From positions 187,488 through 251,487 of the IMG/VR virus record IMGVR_UViG_3300027896_005002: a DNA stretch of 64,000 bases, one strand, 5' to 3'. This document shows positions 36,330 through 46,200 of this stretch, one piece after another. Position 1 is the first letter of the stretch, and each line of letters opens with the position of its first letter. This DNA is from a virus. The notes beneath the pieces were generated by a model. It did no database searches. It was not told the DNA's origin and saw only the letters and a program-made list of their open reading frames with translations. The position numbers were made by a program, and so were the translations under genes.

Positions 36330-38594
36330 TTAATTGTTTATTGTAACTTTACTTCCATTTGCATCTTTTCTTACTGTCATCACATCTGAAAAAGCTTCTT
36401 TCAATTCAGAAATATGTGACACAATAAATATCTTCTTATACTGACTACTAATCAAATTTACTATCTCAATAAATTGATTCACTCCTTCTTGATCTAATGC
36501 TGCAACTCGCTCATCTATAATTAATGTCTGACTGTTCTTACCAGCTCTTTTTGTCAACAAATATGATAATGACAATAATATTGCAAATACAATCCTAACT
36601 GTCTCACCGCCACTATACATATTTAACGGTCTTGGTATATTTCCATTTTGATATATTATAATATCAAGACCGCCACGTTTTTTTGCTTTACCAGAACTTG
36701 TTATAGGATCTAAATCAAATTTAACTAACAAATGATTATTTTTACAAAACATTGCTAACAATTCATTTGTCTTCTCTTCTAATATCGGCACATTATTCAC
36801 AATAATGTCTTTTTGGATCCCATTTTTACCAAATGCAACACTTAATTCTGTATACACTCTCATATCATCATCTAACTTACTAATTTCTTCCTGCATTGTT
36901 TTGGCATCTTCAGCAGCTTGCTTTATTAATTCTATTTCACTTTTTAACCGACCACTTTCAGCAATAAATTCATTTTTTTGCTCAATCAGATCTTTTATAT
37001 CTTGTAAAATAACTTCAGATTGTTTCTTCAATTTTTTAATATTTTCAGAATAATTGGTACTTAATTTTGATGATAATTTCTCTTTCTTTTCAACAAACAT
37101 CTCATATTCTTCTTTGGACTCACTAATTGTTTTTTCCAAATTTTCTTTTGATTTAGTTAAATTGTCAACAGCAGTTCGATACTTTATTTTCATTTTTGGT
37201 AATAACTCTTTTGCTGTTTCAACTTGCTGTAATTCACTTGTTGTTTTCGCTAATGATGACGCTAATGATGATTCTCTTTCAGTACGTTTACTAATAGCAT
37301 CAATTTCACCACTAAATTCAATTATTTTTTCTTTAGCCTCTTCAAGTTCTTTTTGTATTCGACTAATACTAGATTCATTCTTATCGATATCTAAATCTAG
37401 ATCTTTTATCATTCTGTCCTTGTTTTCTTTTGTTAATTTATCACATTGTTCTTCTGTAATAGGACAGACAGCACCAGATTTTTTAATTTTTTCTTTTTTT
37501 GCATTTAATGTTTTAAGAATAGTTGAAAATTCTGATTGTTGTTGTAGACACTTTTCTTTAACACCACGATAGGATTCTAATCTTACTTTAATAGAAGGTA
37601 TTTTATCTTTTTCAAATTTAATAGTCTTTAGCTTTTTCTCATAATCATCTTTTGATTGTAGTAAATCTTTTTCTTTATCAACCAGATCTTGTAATTTTTC
37701 AATTTCATTTATACCCTCATCAATCTTTTCATTCATTTCTTCATCAATCTTTTTTAATTCAAGTGTTAGCTTTAATGTCGTACTTTCAATTTTAGACATT
37801 TGTGTAGCAATATCAGCTAATTTTTCTCTATTAGCTTCATTACTAGCCTGCTCAATTTTTAATTCTTCAATTTTATGATCACAACTTTCAACATCAATTT
37901 GTAATTTATTAATATCTTCATTATATTTTTTAATATTTTTCAGGGCAGTTTTATAATCTAGATCAACAATATTATTTCTTTCAATCACTCGTTTTTTGTC
38001 AGCCAAAACAATCTTTCTTGACTGTAATTGACTGTCAATATTTTTGATTCTATTTTTTGCTTCTTCTTCAGCCTGTTCATATATTTGAATATCTAATAGA
38101 TTACACAATAATTCTTTTCTATCTGAAGCTTCACCTTCTATAAATGATGATGCTTCTTTTTGGCCAAAAAACACACTATTGCAAAATAGACTGTAATCAA
38201 GACCTATAATTGATGATAATAATTCATCAGTCTTTCTTTTAGTATCATCAGACAATAATTTCCAATTTGCATCAGAATAGTTACCTTGATTTCTATCTAT
38301 ATACAATTCATTTATATTTCCTTTTTGGCCGTACTGTCGTAATTTTCTGTATCTTGCATTCTCAGATATAAAAATAACTTCAATTCGCAATGTGTCGCAA
38401 TGATCATTAATATAGTCTGATAATTTTTTTCCTCTGCCTTCACCCCAAAAGCAGAAAGGTATGGCTTCAAGTAATGCGCTTTTTCCTTCACCGTTTTTAC
38501 CAGAGAAAAGCAAAATGTGGTGTGTTGTAAAATCAACAAATTCTTCTTCAATAAAACTTAAATAGCCTTTAAGTCGAAGTGATTCAATTATCAT
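36330..38594 (-). CDS. sbcC: SbcC/Rad50-family ATPase (SMC-like, with zinc hook)
   Basis: Walker A GKNGEGKS, long coiled coil, CxxC hook CPITEEQCDK at mid-coil, signature MYSGGETV, Walker B LIIDE. Confidence 0.75.
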   Translation of the reverse strand: MIIESLRLKGYLSFIEEEFVDFTTHHILLFSGKNGEGKSALLEAIPFCFWGEGRGKKLSDYINDHCDTLRIEVIFISENARYRKLRQYGQKGNINELYIDRNQGNYSDANWKLLSDDTKRKTDELLSSIIGLDYSLFCNSVFFGQKEASSFIEGEASDRKELLCNLLDIQIYEQAEEEAKNRIKNIDSQLQSRKIVLADKKRVIERNNIVDLDYKTALKNIKKYNEDINKLQIDVESCDHKIEELKIEQASNEANREKLADIATQMSKIESTTLKLTLELKKIDEEMNEKIDEGINEIEKLQDLVDKEKDLLQSKDDYEKKLKTIKFEKDKIPSIKVRLESYRGVKEKCLQQQSEFSTILKTLNAKKEKIKKSGAVCPITEEQCDKLTKENKDRMIKDLDLDIDKNESSISRIQKELEEAKEKIIEFSGEIDAISKRTERESSLASSLAKTTSELQQVETAKELLPKMKIKYRTAVDNLTKSKENLEKTISESKEEYEMFVEKKEKLSSKLSTNYSENIKKLKKQSEVILQDIKDLIEQKNEFIAESGRLKSEIELIKQAAEDAKTMQEEISKLDDDMRVYTELSVAFGKNGIQKDIIVNNVPILEEKTNELLAMFCKNNHLLVKFDLDPITSSGKAKKRGGLDIIIYQNGNIPRPLNMYSGGETVRIVFAILLSLSYLLTKRAGKNSQTLIIDERVAALDQEGVNQFIEIVNLISSQYKKIFIVSHISELKEAFSDVMTVRKDANGSKVTINN

Positions 38595-38596
38595 AT

Positions 38597-38896
38597 TTAT
38601 TTATCCAATGAATTCATAAAATCAGAAATTTCTCTTAATTCCTTTGAATTAAGAACACTTGTAAAACAATCTTTAAATTCACCAGCGTCATGATATGTAA
38701 ATACAGTAAATCCATTTGGTCTGCAAATATATCCTACAACTTTTCCTCGTTTTTCAACAGTATGTGCATAATAAGTGCGTTTATCTTTTTTTACAAATTT
38801 TAAAGAACTTTTATTTTTTGAATTCTTCATAAATCTTACTAATATTAACGGTATTTGTTTTTTGATATTTACCTTTGTACATAATAGATTGATCAC
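38597..38896 (-). CDS. Hypothetical small protein (true start probably the internal Met)
   Basis: ORF; overlaps the 3' end of the dcd gene. Confidence 0.3.
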   Translation of the reverse strand: MINLLCTKVNIKKQIPLILVRFMKNSKNKSSLKFVKKDKRTYYAHTVEKRGKVVGYICRPNGFTVFTYHDAGEFKDCFTSVLNSKELREISDFMNSLDK

Positions 38897-39341
38897 CGGA
38901 TAATGTCATGTAAACAATCTGACAAAAATTAACAAATGGATATATCTTTACTGGCATTGTTACTACTATTTCTAAAGTCCAGTAATTTTCAAATCCATTA
39001 TCTCCCCAGCCAGCAGTTTTATGAACATCAATACCCAAACGACCTATAGAGCTTCTACCTTGTATCTGAGGAGCAAAACCAACAGTCTTTGTCATTTCCA
39101 TTGTTCGACCCAAATACAAAATATTTGGTCTCAAAATATAACCATCTTCCGGTATCTTTATTGTTGTCGTCATTGTATTTGGCCGTCTCATGTCCAAATA
39201 CCTACTCTTGTAACACACTAATTCATCATGAAGTCTCAAATTATATGAATTAGGATTAACACGACTTTTATCAAAATCGCTTATGAAAATATTTCCAAGC
39301 TTGTGCTGCTTGATAATTTCAGATCCCGTTAAAACTGACAT
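38811..39341 (-). CDS. dcd: dCTP deaminase (dUTPase-fold)
   Basis: N-terminal MSVLTGSEIIKQHKLGNIFISDFDKSRVNPNSYNLRLHDEL matches the Dcd N-terminus (SDKDI...G.i.I.PF....v.P.SYDLRLG). Confidence 0.6.
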   Translation of the reverse strand: MSVLTGSEIIKQHKLGNIFISDFDKSRVNPNSYNLRLHDELVCYKSRYLDMRRPNTMTTTIKIPEDGYILRPNILYLGRTMEMTKTVGFAPQIQGRSSIGRLGIDVHKTAGWGDNGFENYWTLEIVVTMPVKIYPFVNFCQIVYMTLSGDQSIMYKGKYQKTNTVNISKIYEEFKK

Positions 39342-39351
39342 TTCTATCTCC

Positions 39352-40062
39352 CTATTTTCGGAATTTTTTTGCTATTTCTGGAATTTTTGTTTTTGGTGAT
39401 GACGCAAAAATTTCATCAAGAATTGACTTATCTACTCTAGTCCATGTTTCTGGTATATGAGTTATTTTGTTTTTACTTAATATGAATGTTCCAAATATAC
39501 TTTTTACTACAATAGTTTTTTTTGTAGAAGCATCAATAGATTTTAAAAGTAATTCTTTATGTTGTTCTATTAAATCTAATCCAGGACAACAACCTTTAAT
39601 ACAACACTTAAATGCATCATTAGATTTTTTATTGAACCCACGACAGTTAAAACAATCAAATTTTAAATTATTTTTTAAATAATCTCTAAGTTTATTATAT
39701 TGAATTTTTGGCATTGATATACCAACAATTGGCGATGATGTTACTGCTTTTTTAAATTTATTATAATCTTTTTTGTAATCTTTTAAATCTTCATCTCTAA
39801 ATGTATCTTGCAAATTTAAAAATTCTTCATCAAATTTTGTCTCTTGTGGTTTTTGAATTAATTTAGATATTCTTTCAATCTCTCTTTTTATATACCAATT
39901 AGCTTTTTCCAAATCTTCAACAGCATTTTCACTTTTCAATCCTGCACGCCAAATATATTTAATAGCATTACCAACATTAAAATTAAAATGTTCAACAATG
40001 TCAATACATTCTACACCTGACGGATGCTCATTATAATGCTTCGGATGATTTACATTATTCAT
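39352..40062 (-). CDS. DUF3310-family phage protein with C-terminal Cys-rich segment
   Basis: NHPKHYNEHPSGVECIDIVEHFNFNVGNAIKYIWRAGLK...DLEKANWYIKREI matches the phage DUF3310 signature (HP.HY...ieciD...nf..gnaiKY..R...K); C-terminal CFNCRGF...CCIKGCCPG. Confidence 0.45.
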   Translation of the reverse strand: MNNVNHPKHYNEHPSGVECIDIVEHFNFNVGNAIKYIWRAGLKSENAVEDLEKANWYIKREIERISKLIQKPQETKFDEEFLNLQDTFRDEDLKDYKKDYNKFKKAVTSSPIVGISMPKIQYNKLRDYLKNNLKFDCFNCRGFNKKSNDAFKCCIKGCCPGLDLIEQHKELLLKSIDASTKKTIVVKSIFGTFILSKNKITHIPETWTRVDKSILDEIFASSPKTKIPEIAKKFRK

Positions 40063-40552
40063 ATTTTTCTCCTATAAATTCATGTAAAGATGATACAATA
40101 TCATTAGCATTTTTATTTGCAACTAAAAAGAATTTTTGTATTGATTGCGGCAAACATTTAAGTTCTTTAAAAGACAAAACAAGAAATTCCTTAGAATCAT
40201 CTGTAAAGATAAAACATAATTTCATTGGATCATCAATAATTGCAAGTTCACCAAAAGACTTATGATTATTAAATACGTCTATAAGCTTTTCTCTTAAATT
40301 TGCTTTTGTATCCATATCTACCTCGATTTTGGTTAAAATATCATCTTCTATTTCTTTTCTTACTCGTTTTTCATTTAAATCCATACATATGTAACAAGCG
40401 ATTAATATACTAAAAAAGGCAATAAAAAATATTACAATTATTTGTGTAATGGATAATGTCTTTAAAGCCGATCCACAAACGCCAACTGCACTTATAAGTG
40501 CAATTATTATTGACCATTTGATATTAAACCGATCTAGTCTTACATTCATCAT
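40055..40552 (-). CDS. Membrane protein (2 TM), 165 aa
   Basis: Hydrophobic helices aa 15-60; ATGA overlaps on both sides. Confidence 0.4.
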   Translation of the reverse strand: MMNVRLDRFNIKWSIIIALISAVGVCGSALKTLSITQIIVIFFIAFFSILIACYICMDLNEKRVRKEIEDDILTKIEVDMDTKANLREKLIDVFNNHKSFGELAIIDDPMKLCFIFTDDSKEFLVLSFKELKCLPQSIQKFFLVANKNANDIVSSLHEFIGEKYE

Positions 40553-41754
40553 ATTGATTTTATCTGTTTTAAAATATCAGTTCCATACTCAATTACTTTA
40601 TCACTTATATCTTTAAATTTATCAACATGTTTCTCAACATACTTTTTAAGTGCATCATTCGGCAAATCAACACTAGTTATTTTTTCACCCTCTTCAACTA
40701 CTTCATCATTCAAAATATTAATGTCAGTACCACTAAAATATAATGCATTCTTCCTAAGATATGATTCAATTTCATCAAATTTGATAGATGATAACTTTGT
40801 TGATGAAATATCACTTTTAACTCTTACAATCATTCTACTAACATCAACTGACTGTACTTTGTTAATAAGTGATGTTATACATTCACGACTATCATCATCT
40901 TTTGTAATCCTTAAACTAAATGTCTTAAATATCGTGTCATTCACTTTTATAAATTCATCTTTACCATCTTCAAAAACATAAAAACCTTTTTCTTCATTCT
41001 CTTCAGTAAAATCAATTCTACTTAGTGATCCAACATGTTTGGCAATATCACTCAAATTTTGCTGTTTATGAATGTGACCCAAATAAATTGCTGTCCAATC
41101 ACCGTCATCAAAATCAGACACATTTATTTTATTTTCATATTCATTACTTGACATATCTAAATCAAAACTATTTCCTAATACAGATTTATCTGTCCCAAAA
41201 TGACCAAAAAATAATTTATACTTTGCTTTACTTTTCTTTGTTTGCTCATTAAATTCTTTAATCTTGGTTTTCTGATAATTCAAAAAATCTTCTGCTGTCA
41301 ATAAATTCTCTCTACCTCTATTAACAAATGGCAACATATATAATTCTATATCACCAATTCTCTCAACCTTCGGCCATGAATATACTTCAAGATCTTCAAT
41401 CAAATCACATAATTCTTGTGTCTCAGATAATGCATGAGCACCATCAGACGTTGTCGTCATATCATGATTGCCAGTTAATAATATAACTCTGATTCCATTA
41501 TTGACTAATTTTCTGATTCTTCTTGCAAATTGTTGTCTAATCTTTGAATTGGGATGTTTTATACGGTAAATATCACCAACAATAATAAAAACATTTACTT
41601 CATGTTGTATACTATACTCTATAGAAAAATCAAGATTTCTTAACACATCTAATAATCTAGTGTTAAGTCCAGTTTCTTTATTTATAGAACCGTAAGAATA
41701 ATCTCCAATGTGTGGATCAGAAATAATTGCAAATTTCATCTTATTCCTTAACAA
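40549..41754 (-). CDS. sbcD: SbcD/Mre11-family nuclease (calcineurin-like metallophosphoesterase)
   Basis: MKFAIISDPHIGD, GDIYRI (GD), LTGNHDMTT (GNHD), GHIHKQQ (GHxH); 5' of sbcC in the same orientation. Confidence 0.7.
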   Translation of the reverse strand: MLRNKMKFAIISDPHIGDYSYGSINKETGLNTRLLDVLRNLDFSIEYSIQHEVNVFIIVGDIYRIKHPNSKIRQQFARRIRKLVNNGIRVILLTGNHDMTTTSDGAHALSETQELCDLIEDLEVYSWPKVERIGDIELYMLPFVNRGRENLLTAEDFLNYQKTKIKEFNEQTKKSKAKYKLFFGHFGTDKSVLGNSFDLDMSSNEYENKINVSDFDDGDWTAIYLGHIHKQQNLSDIAKHVGSLSRIDFTEENEEKGFYVFEDGKDEFIKVNDTIFKTFSLRITKDDDSRECITSLINKVQSVDVSRMIVRVKSDISSTKLSSIKFDEIESYLRKNALYFSGTDINILNDEVVEEGEKITSVDLPNDALKKYVEKHVDKFKDISDKVIEYGTDILKQIKSI

Positions 41755-41962
41755 CTATCACTGCAGTTTTACAAATAATTTTTTCTACTACAGAGTTTTC
41801 TGATGGTACTAATATTAAATTTGAAACTATAACTTCATTAGGATTGTCTTTACTTTGAGCAGCTTCATCATATCGTTCAACATAAAGTCTATTATGGTTT
41901 AATAGTAAACTAGATAAACCACAAAATGGTCTTTTTTCTTTCATAATAATTTCTATATACAT
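41741..41962 (-). CDS. Hypothetical small protein, 73 aa
   Basis: ORF overlapping the sbcD start. Confidence 0.3.
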   Translation of the reverse strand: MYIEIIMKEKRPFCGLSSLLLNHNRLYVERYDEAAQSKDNPNEVIVSNLILVPSENSVVEKIICKTAVIVVKE

Positions 41963-41982
41963 AATTAATGATTTGATTTACT

Positions 41983-42024
41983 GCAAAAAAAAGGTAGTTA
42001 TCAAAAAATAACTACCTTTTCGAA
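41983..42024 (-). terminator. Rho-independent terminator (AAAAGGTAGTTAT-caaaaa-ATAACTACCTTTT; the minus strand reads stem then TTTTTTTTG)
   Basis: 11-13-bp perfect inverted repeat 41991-42001/42008-42018 flanked by A/T runs, directly after the stop of the 42043-42564 gene; potentially bidirectional. Confidence 0.6.
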
Positions 42025-42042
42025 ACAAAAATAATTTTCAGG

Positions 42043-42564
42043 CTATTGTCCTGCAATTATTGAAACTCCGAGTAAAAAAAGTATTGTTTTTACAGCTTTT
42101 CCATCAACTTGTTTATACATCCCTGCAATACCCACAGTTGGTGAAAATATAGTAGTACCACCTAATCCACTTACAGAAAGAGCTCCGCCAATTTCAGTTT
42201 GATTTTTTGCCTCAGGCGCATTACGATAAATAAAATCTAAATCGCCTGACCAAAGTGTTTTCGTTTTTCCTTCTTCCTGTGCTTGTTTCAATATACAAAC
42301 TCCAAGCCCATTTGCTTGAAATGATGTAGGTGCACCACCATTTACAAGATCATATGCAAGACCACTTATTAAAACATTTGGCTTAAAAGATACAATGGCA
42401 CCTTTGAAGATTGAATCAACCTTCGTCGTCAGTTTCAATGTACGTTGTATTGTAGTAGAATCAAGCTTAAATGATGTTGGCTTAAGAAAAAAGTCTAATC
42501 CTCTAAATTGTGTTTCACCGAACAAAAACATAGGCACTAATAAGATAAAAAGACAGCGTTTCAT
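42043..42564 (-). CDS. Secreted/membrane protein with N-terminal signal peptide, 173 aa
   Basis: MKRCLFILLVPMFLFGETQF signal-like N-terminus, Gly/Ser/Thr-rich beta-strand-like body, hydrophobic C-terminus. Confidence 0.45.
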   Translation of the reverse strand: MKRCLFILLVPMFLFGETQFRGLDFFLKPTSFKLDSTTIQRTLKLTTKVDSIFKGAIVSFKPNVLISGLAYDLVNGGAPTSFQANGLGVCILKQAQEEGKTKTLWSGDLDFIYRNAPEAKNQTEIGGALSVSGLGGTTIFSPTVGIAGMYKQVDGKAVKTILFLLGVSIIAGQ

Positions 42565-42701
42565 ATTTCCTCCACTAACATGGTTTCCTCAATTTCTTGA
42601 GGTGGTAAACAATTATCAGCTTCCCAACACTCGTCTGAGCAGTAATGATCGTCAACGTTTTTTGTCTGGTATACATTACCACATTTTTTACAATTAGGCA
42701 T
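42561..42701 (-). CDS. Unlisted zinc-ribbon mini-ORF, 46 aa (MPNCKKCGNVYQ...HYCSDECWEADNC)
   Basis: AAGGAG SD 8 nt upstream; its TGA stop overlaps the ATG of the downstream gene (ATATGA). Confidence 0.4.
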   Translation of the reverse strand: MPNCKKCGNVYQTKNVDDHYCSDECWEADNCLPPQEIEETMLVEEI

Positions 42702-42712
42702 ATGTAACTCCT

Positions 42713-43219
42713 TTAAAAGTTTCCTGAACTACCAAATCCTTTATCATTTCTTTCAGTTTCATCTAAATCTGTAACTTCAACAATTTCCGAATAAACTACA
42801 GGACATACAACCAATTGAGCAATTTTCTCACCAACTTTAATTTGTTGTCTATTATTACTAAGATTAATAATAATAACACCAATAGGCCCTCTATATGATG
42901 CATCAATTGTACCCGGCGTATTTACAATGCTTAATCCTCTATTCAATGCATTACCACTACGAGGACGAACTTGAATTTCAAAACCTTCTTGAACCGTAGC
43001 AGATATTCCAGTATTAATTAATACTCTATCCATAGAATCTAAAGTGATTGATTCTTCTTCTTGCAAATCATCATTATTTATTGCACCCGGAATTGAAAAT
43101 AATTTTTCAAATCTATATACAAAAACATCCGCACCAGATTCAAATTGACCACCTCTAACGGGCAATTTTGCATCTGCAAATAACTTTTTCACTTTCATTG
43201 TAGGTAATGTCAGATTCAT
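42713..43219 (-). CDS. dut: dUTP diphosphatase (dUTPase)
   Basis: Motif 3 RPRSGNALNRGLSIVNTPGTIDASYRGPIGVIIINL; C-terminal FGSSG motif 5-like. Confidence 0.7.
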   Translation of the reverse strand: MNLTLPTMKVKKLFADAKLPVRGGQFESGADVFVYRFEKLFSIPGAINNDDLQEEESITLDSMDRVLINTGISATVQEGFEIQVRPRSGNALNRGLSIVNTPGTIDASYRGPIGVIIINLSNNRQQIKVGEKIAQLVVCPVVYSEIVEVTDLDETERNDKGFGSSGNF

Positions 43220-43261
43220 ATTAATTTCTTTCTATATAAAGTTATTTAATTTCATATTAAT

Positions 43262-46200
43262 TTACCCGCACCGCGAGTCTCCACATTGCAGGCATTTGTA
43301 GCATCCGCCTTCCATAATAACTGAATTTTCTGCTCCGCAAGCTTCACATTTCATACTAATTACTGTTCCATCTTTTATTGTTAACGATATGAATTTTCTA
43401 ACAGCCGTCAACAAACTTGAAATATTGTCACCCTCAATGTTTCGCAATGCAATTAATATATCTTCTCGTTTGATGTTGTGTCTTAAACAAAGTGAAATCA
43501 TGCGTCCCAATCTATTGTAAGAATAATCTACTTTCGCTTTGTCAATACACTGTTGAATTATTGAATTATCAACTCCTTTCTCAATTGCTAATTGTGCTAA
43601 TTTTCTAGACGCTTTATTACAAACTTTAACCTGGCCAATTTCTCTGCTATTACTATATATCCACAAACATATTGGATATTTCATGTCAGTATCTTCGGGC
43701 AAGAAACTAAAATGTATGTAGAATTTTTGACCTTCTCTTTTTATAATTCTTGTTGGTCCATTTAAAAATACTTCTGGAAGTTTAATGTCTCTTTTAATGA
43801 TTTTTTGTTCTTTGTTAGCTTCTTCTAAACTGGAGATTACCGATTCCATACAACCGTCTCTATAGGTCGTAAAACCATTTAATCCCCGTTTCCAAGCATC
43901 AATATATAATTGTTTAAAATTTTCAAAAGGAAAGTCATGAGGTACATTACAGGTTTTAGAAACTGACTGATTACAATAATATTGAACAACTTCTTGAATA
44001 TTGAGATGATCTTCAGTCTTTAAATCTTTTGTAGTTACTAAATAAGCAGAATGATCTTTATCTGGAAAGTTATCTAATAGCCATTGATAACCATAATCTC
44101 TTACAATGTTTACTTCACATAATCCTCTATTATGAGGTTCATAATAATATATTTTACCGTTATAAGACCCTCTCCAATATTCAAAATCTTTCTTTTTGTG
44201 ATATTTCAAAACATCTTTTACATTATCATCACTTAAACCTTCAGGCCACAAACCACATATTACAATACGTTCATATTCTAATGAAAAAACTGGTTCAATA
44301 GCATTTGACACATTATTACAAACTATAGAACTATTTCCTAATGGTGGATTTGTGGTCGTTTTAGCATTTCGTACACCATGCTGAATTATTAATTCTTTTG
44401 TTTTATTCCACAATCTGTCAGATAAAAAATATTCTGTATTTTGAAATTTTTCAGTATTATATGCTGTAAATGTTCCTTTTTCTTTTGCTAACAATGCCGA
44501 TGCTTGCCATACAAGATTTTCCTTCAATTCACATATTTTCTTTGTAAATTTTATAGCCTCTTTTGAATTATATGACATTCCCAACATAAATAATGCCGAT
44601 CCCAAACCATTAATTCCCATACCAAATTGACGAAAATTTCTTACAACATATTCATATGATGGTAATGGCAAATTAGTCAAATCATTAACATTATCTAACA
44701 TTCTTGCAAAAATGCCTATATCATAAGCATACTGATCAATATCAAATTGTGGTTTCCCATCTTTATCAATATAAATATATTGAGTAATATTCAATGATCC
44801 AAGTAGGCAGACAGTTGTAATTGATGATAATCCGCCGATTTCTCCGCAATTTTTAACAAATATGCCACTACTTTGTAAATATCTATCATCATCAAATGAT
44901 GTAATAACTGCATAATTATGATTGTCATCAACTGTAATATTATAAACATCTTCATAACCATAAAACTCAATACTTTTTACTTTATGATTAGCTTCAGCAA
45001 TTCTTTCAGCTGCTTTAAACATTTTACTCATTGTAGCATAATTTAAATTTTCAAGTCTATATTTTGAAAATGTTGGTAATTTATTAGTTTTTAATCTTTG
45101 TATTATTTCTCGTTTGCATGGTGATTTTTTATATTTAATTTTAAAATTTTTAATTATTTCTATAATTTTATTGAAATAATCTTCATTAGATATTTTAGCA
45201 GCTCTACCATTTTTTAATCCCGACACAGCTTCACTCATATTTTTATGATATCGTTCGGGATCTTTTATTCTTTTTGGAAAATCATACATTGGATTTTTTT
45301 TACCACTAATATCATGAACCATATCATGTTCTTCAACCGTCATTTTCTTCAAATTTTCAGGTCGATCATTATAATGATTAAAATCATCATGATGTATTCT
45401 ATGTAATTTAGAATCAATTAAATCATTAGGATAGTAAAATTCATATATTAATCTATATTGTCGTCTGCTTAAACATAATCCTGAAGATTTTTTTAATTTT
45501 GATGACTGAGCTATTTGTCTATAAGTAGTATGTCCATAACTTATATAAGAATCAAAAGGAACAATACTGTCACCAGGTATTAAATCTTTTAGATTAATCT
45601 CAGTACCTTTACTAGAACATATTTTGTGATCAGGAGTAGCAATAAAATAAGAATTATCATCTAATGTTAATTTCCATACTTCTTTCTTTTCGCCTGTTTT
45701 TCGTGGATTTCGACCCATTTTAATTTCAACAGCGCCTGTAGAAAAATTTCTTGAATATACAGGAACATCTTTAGCTTCTTCAGCTAATTGTTTAAAAGTC
45801 ACACCATTTCTTCCATCAGCGACAGCTGCTATTGATGAACCAATTACACATGGATTTGTTGTGTCGCATTTACCGAGATATGCTAGCGGATTATTTCTGT
45901 GCATGTTGTCAACAAATAATACTCCAGGTTCTGCTCTATTATATGTTGACTGCATTATCAAGTCATATAGTTCTCTTGCTTTAATTCTTTTGTAAACTTT
46001 ACCTTTAAAATGAAGATCATATAAATCATCGGCAACAACTGCTTCCATGAATTTATCATCAATTAAAACTGATAAATTGAATTTTGTTAAAACTCCTGAA
46101 GATTGTTTTACACGAATAAATTCTTCAATATCAGGATGATGACACGGTAAGACGCCCATCATAGCACCTTTTCGTGTCTGCCTCTTCATTATGTTTTTTA

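Noticed and set aside
36805-37572. Plus-strand ORFs inside the sbcC gene (82 and 172 aa)
   Set aside because: Antisense shadows of a confidently identified minus-strand gene; Ser/Phe/Leu-rich low-complexity translation
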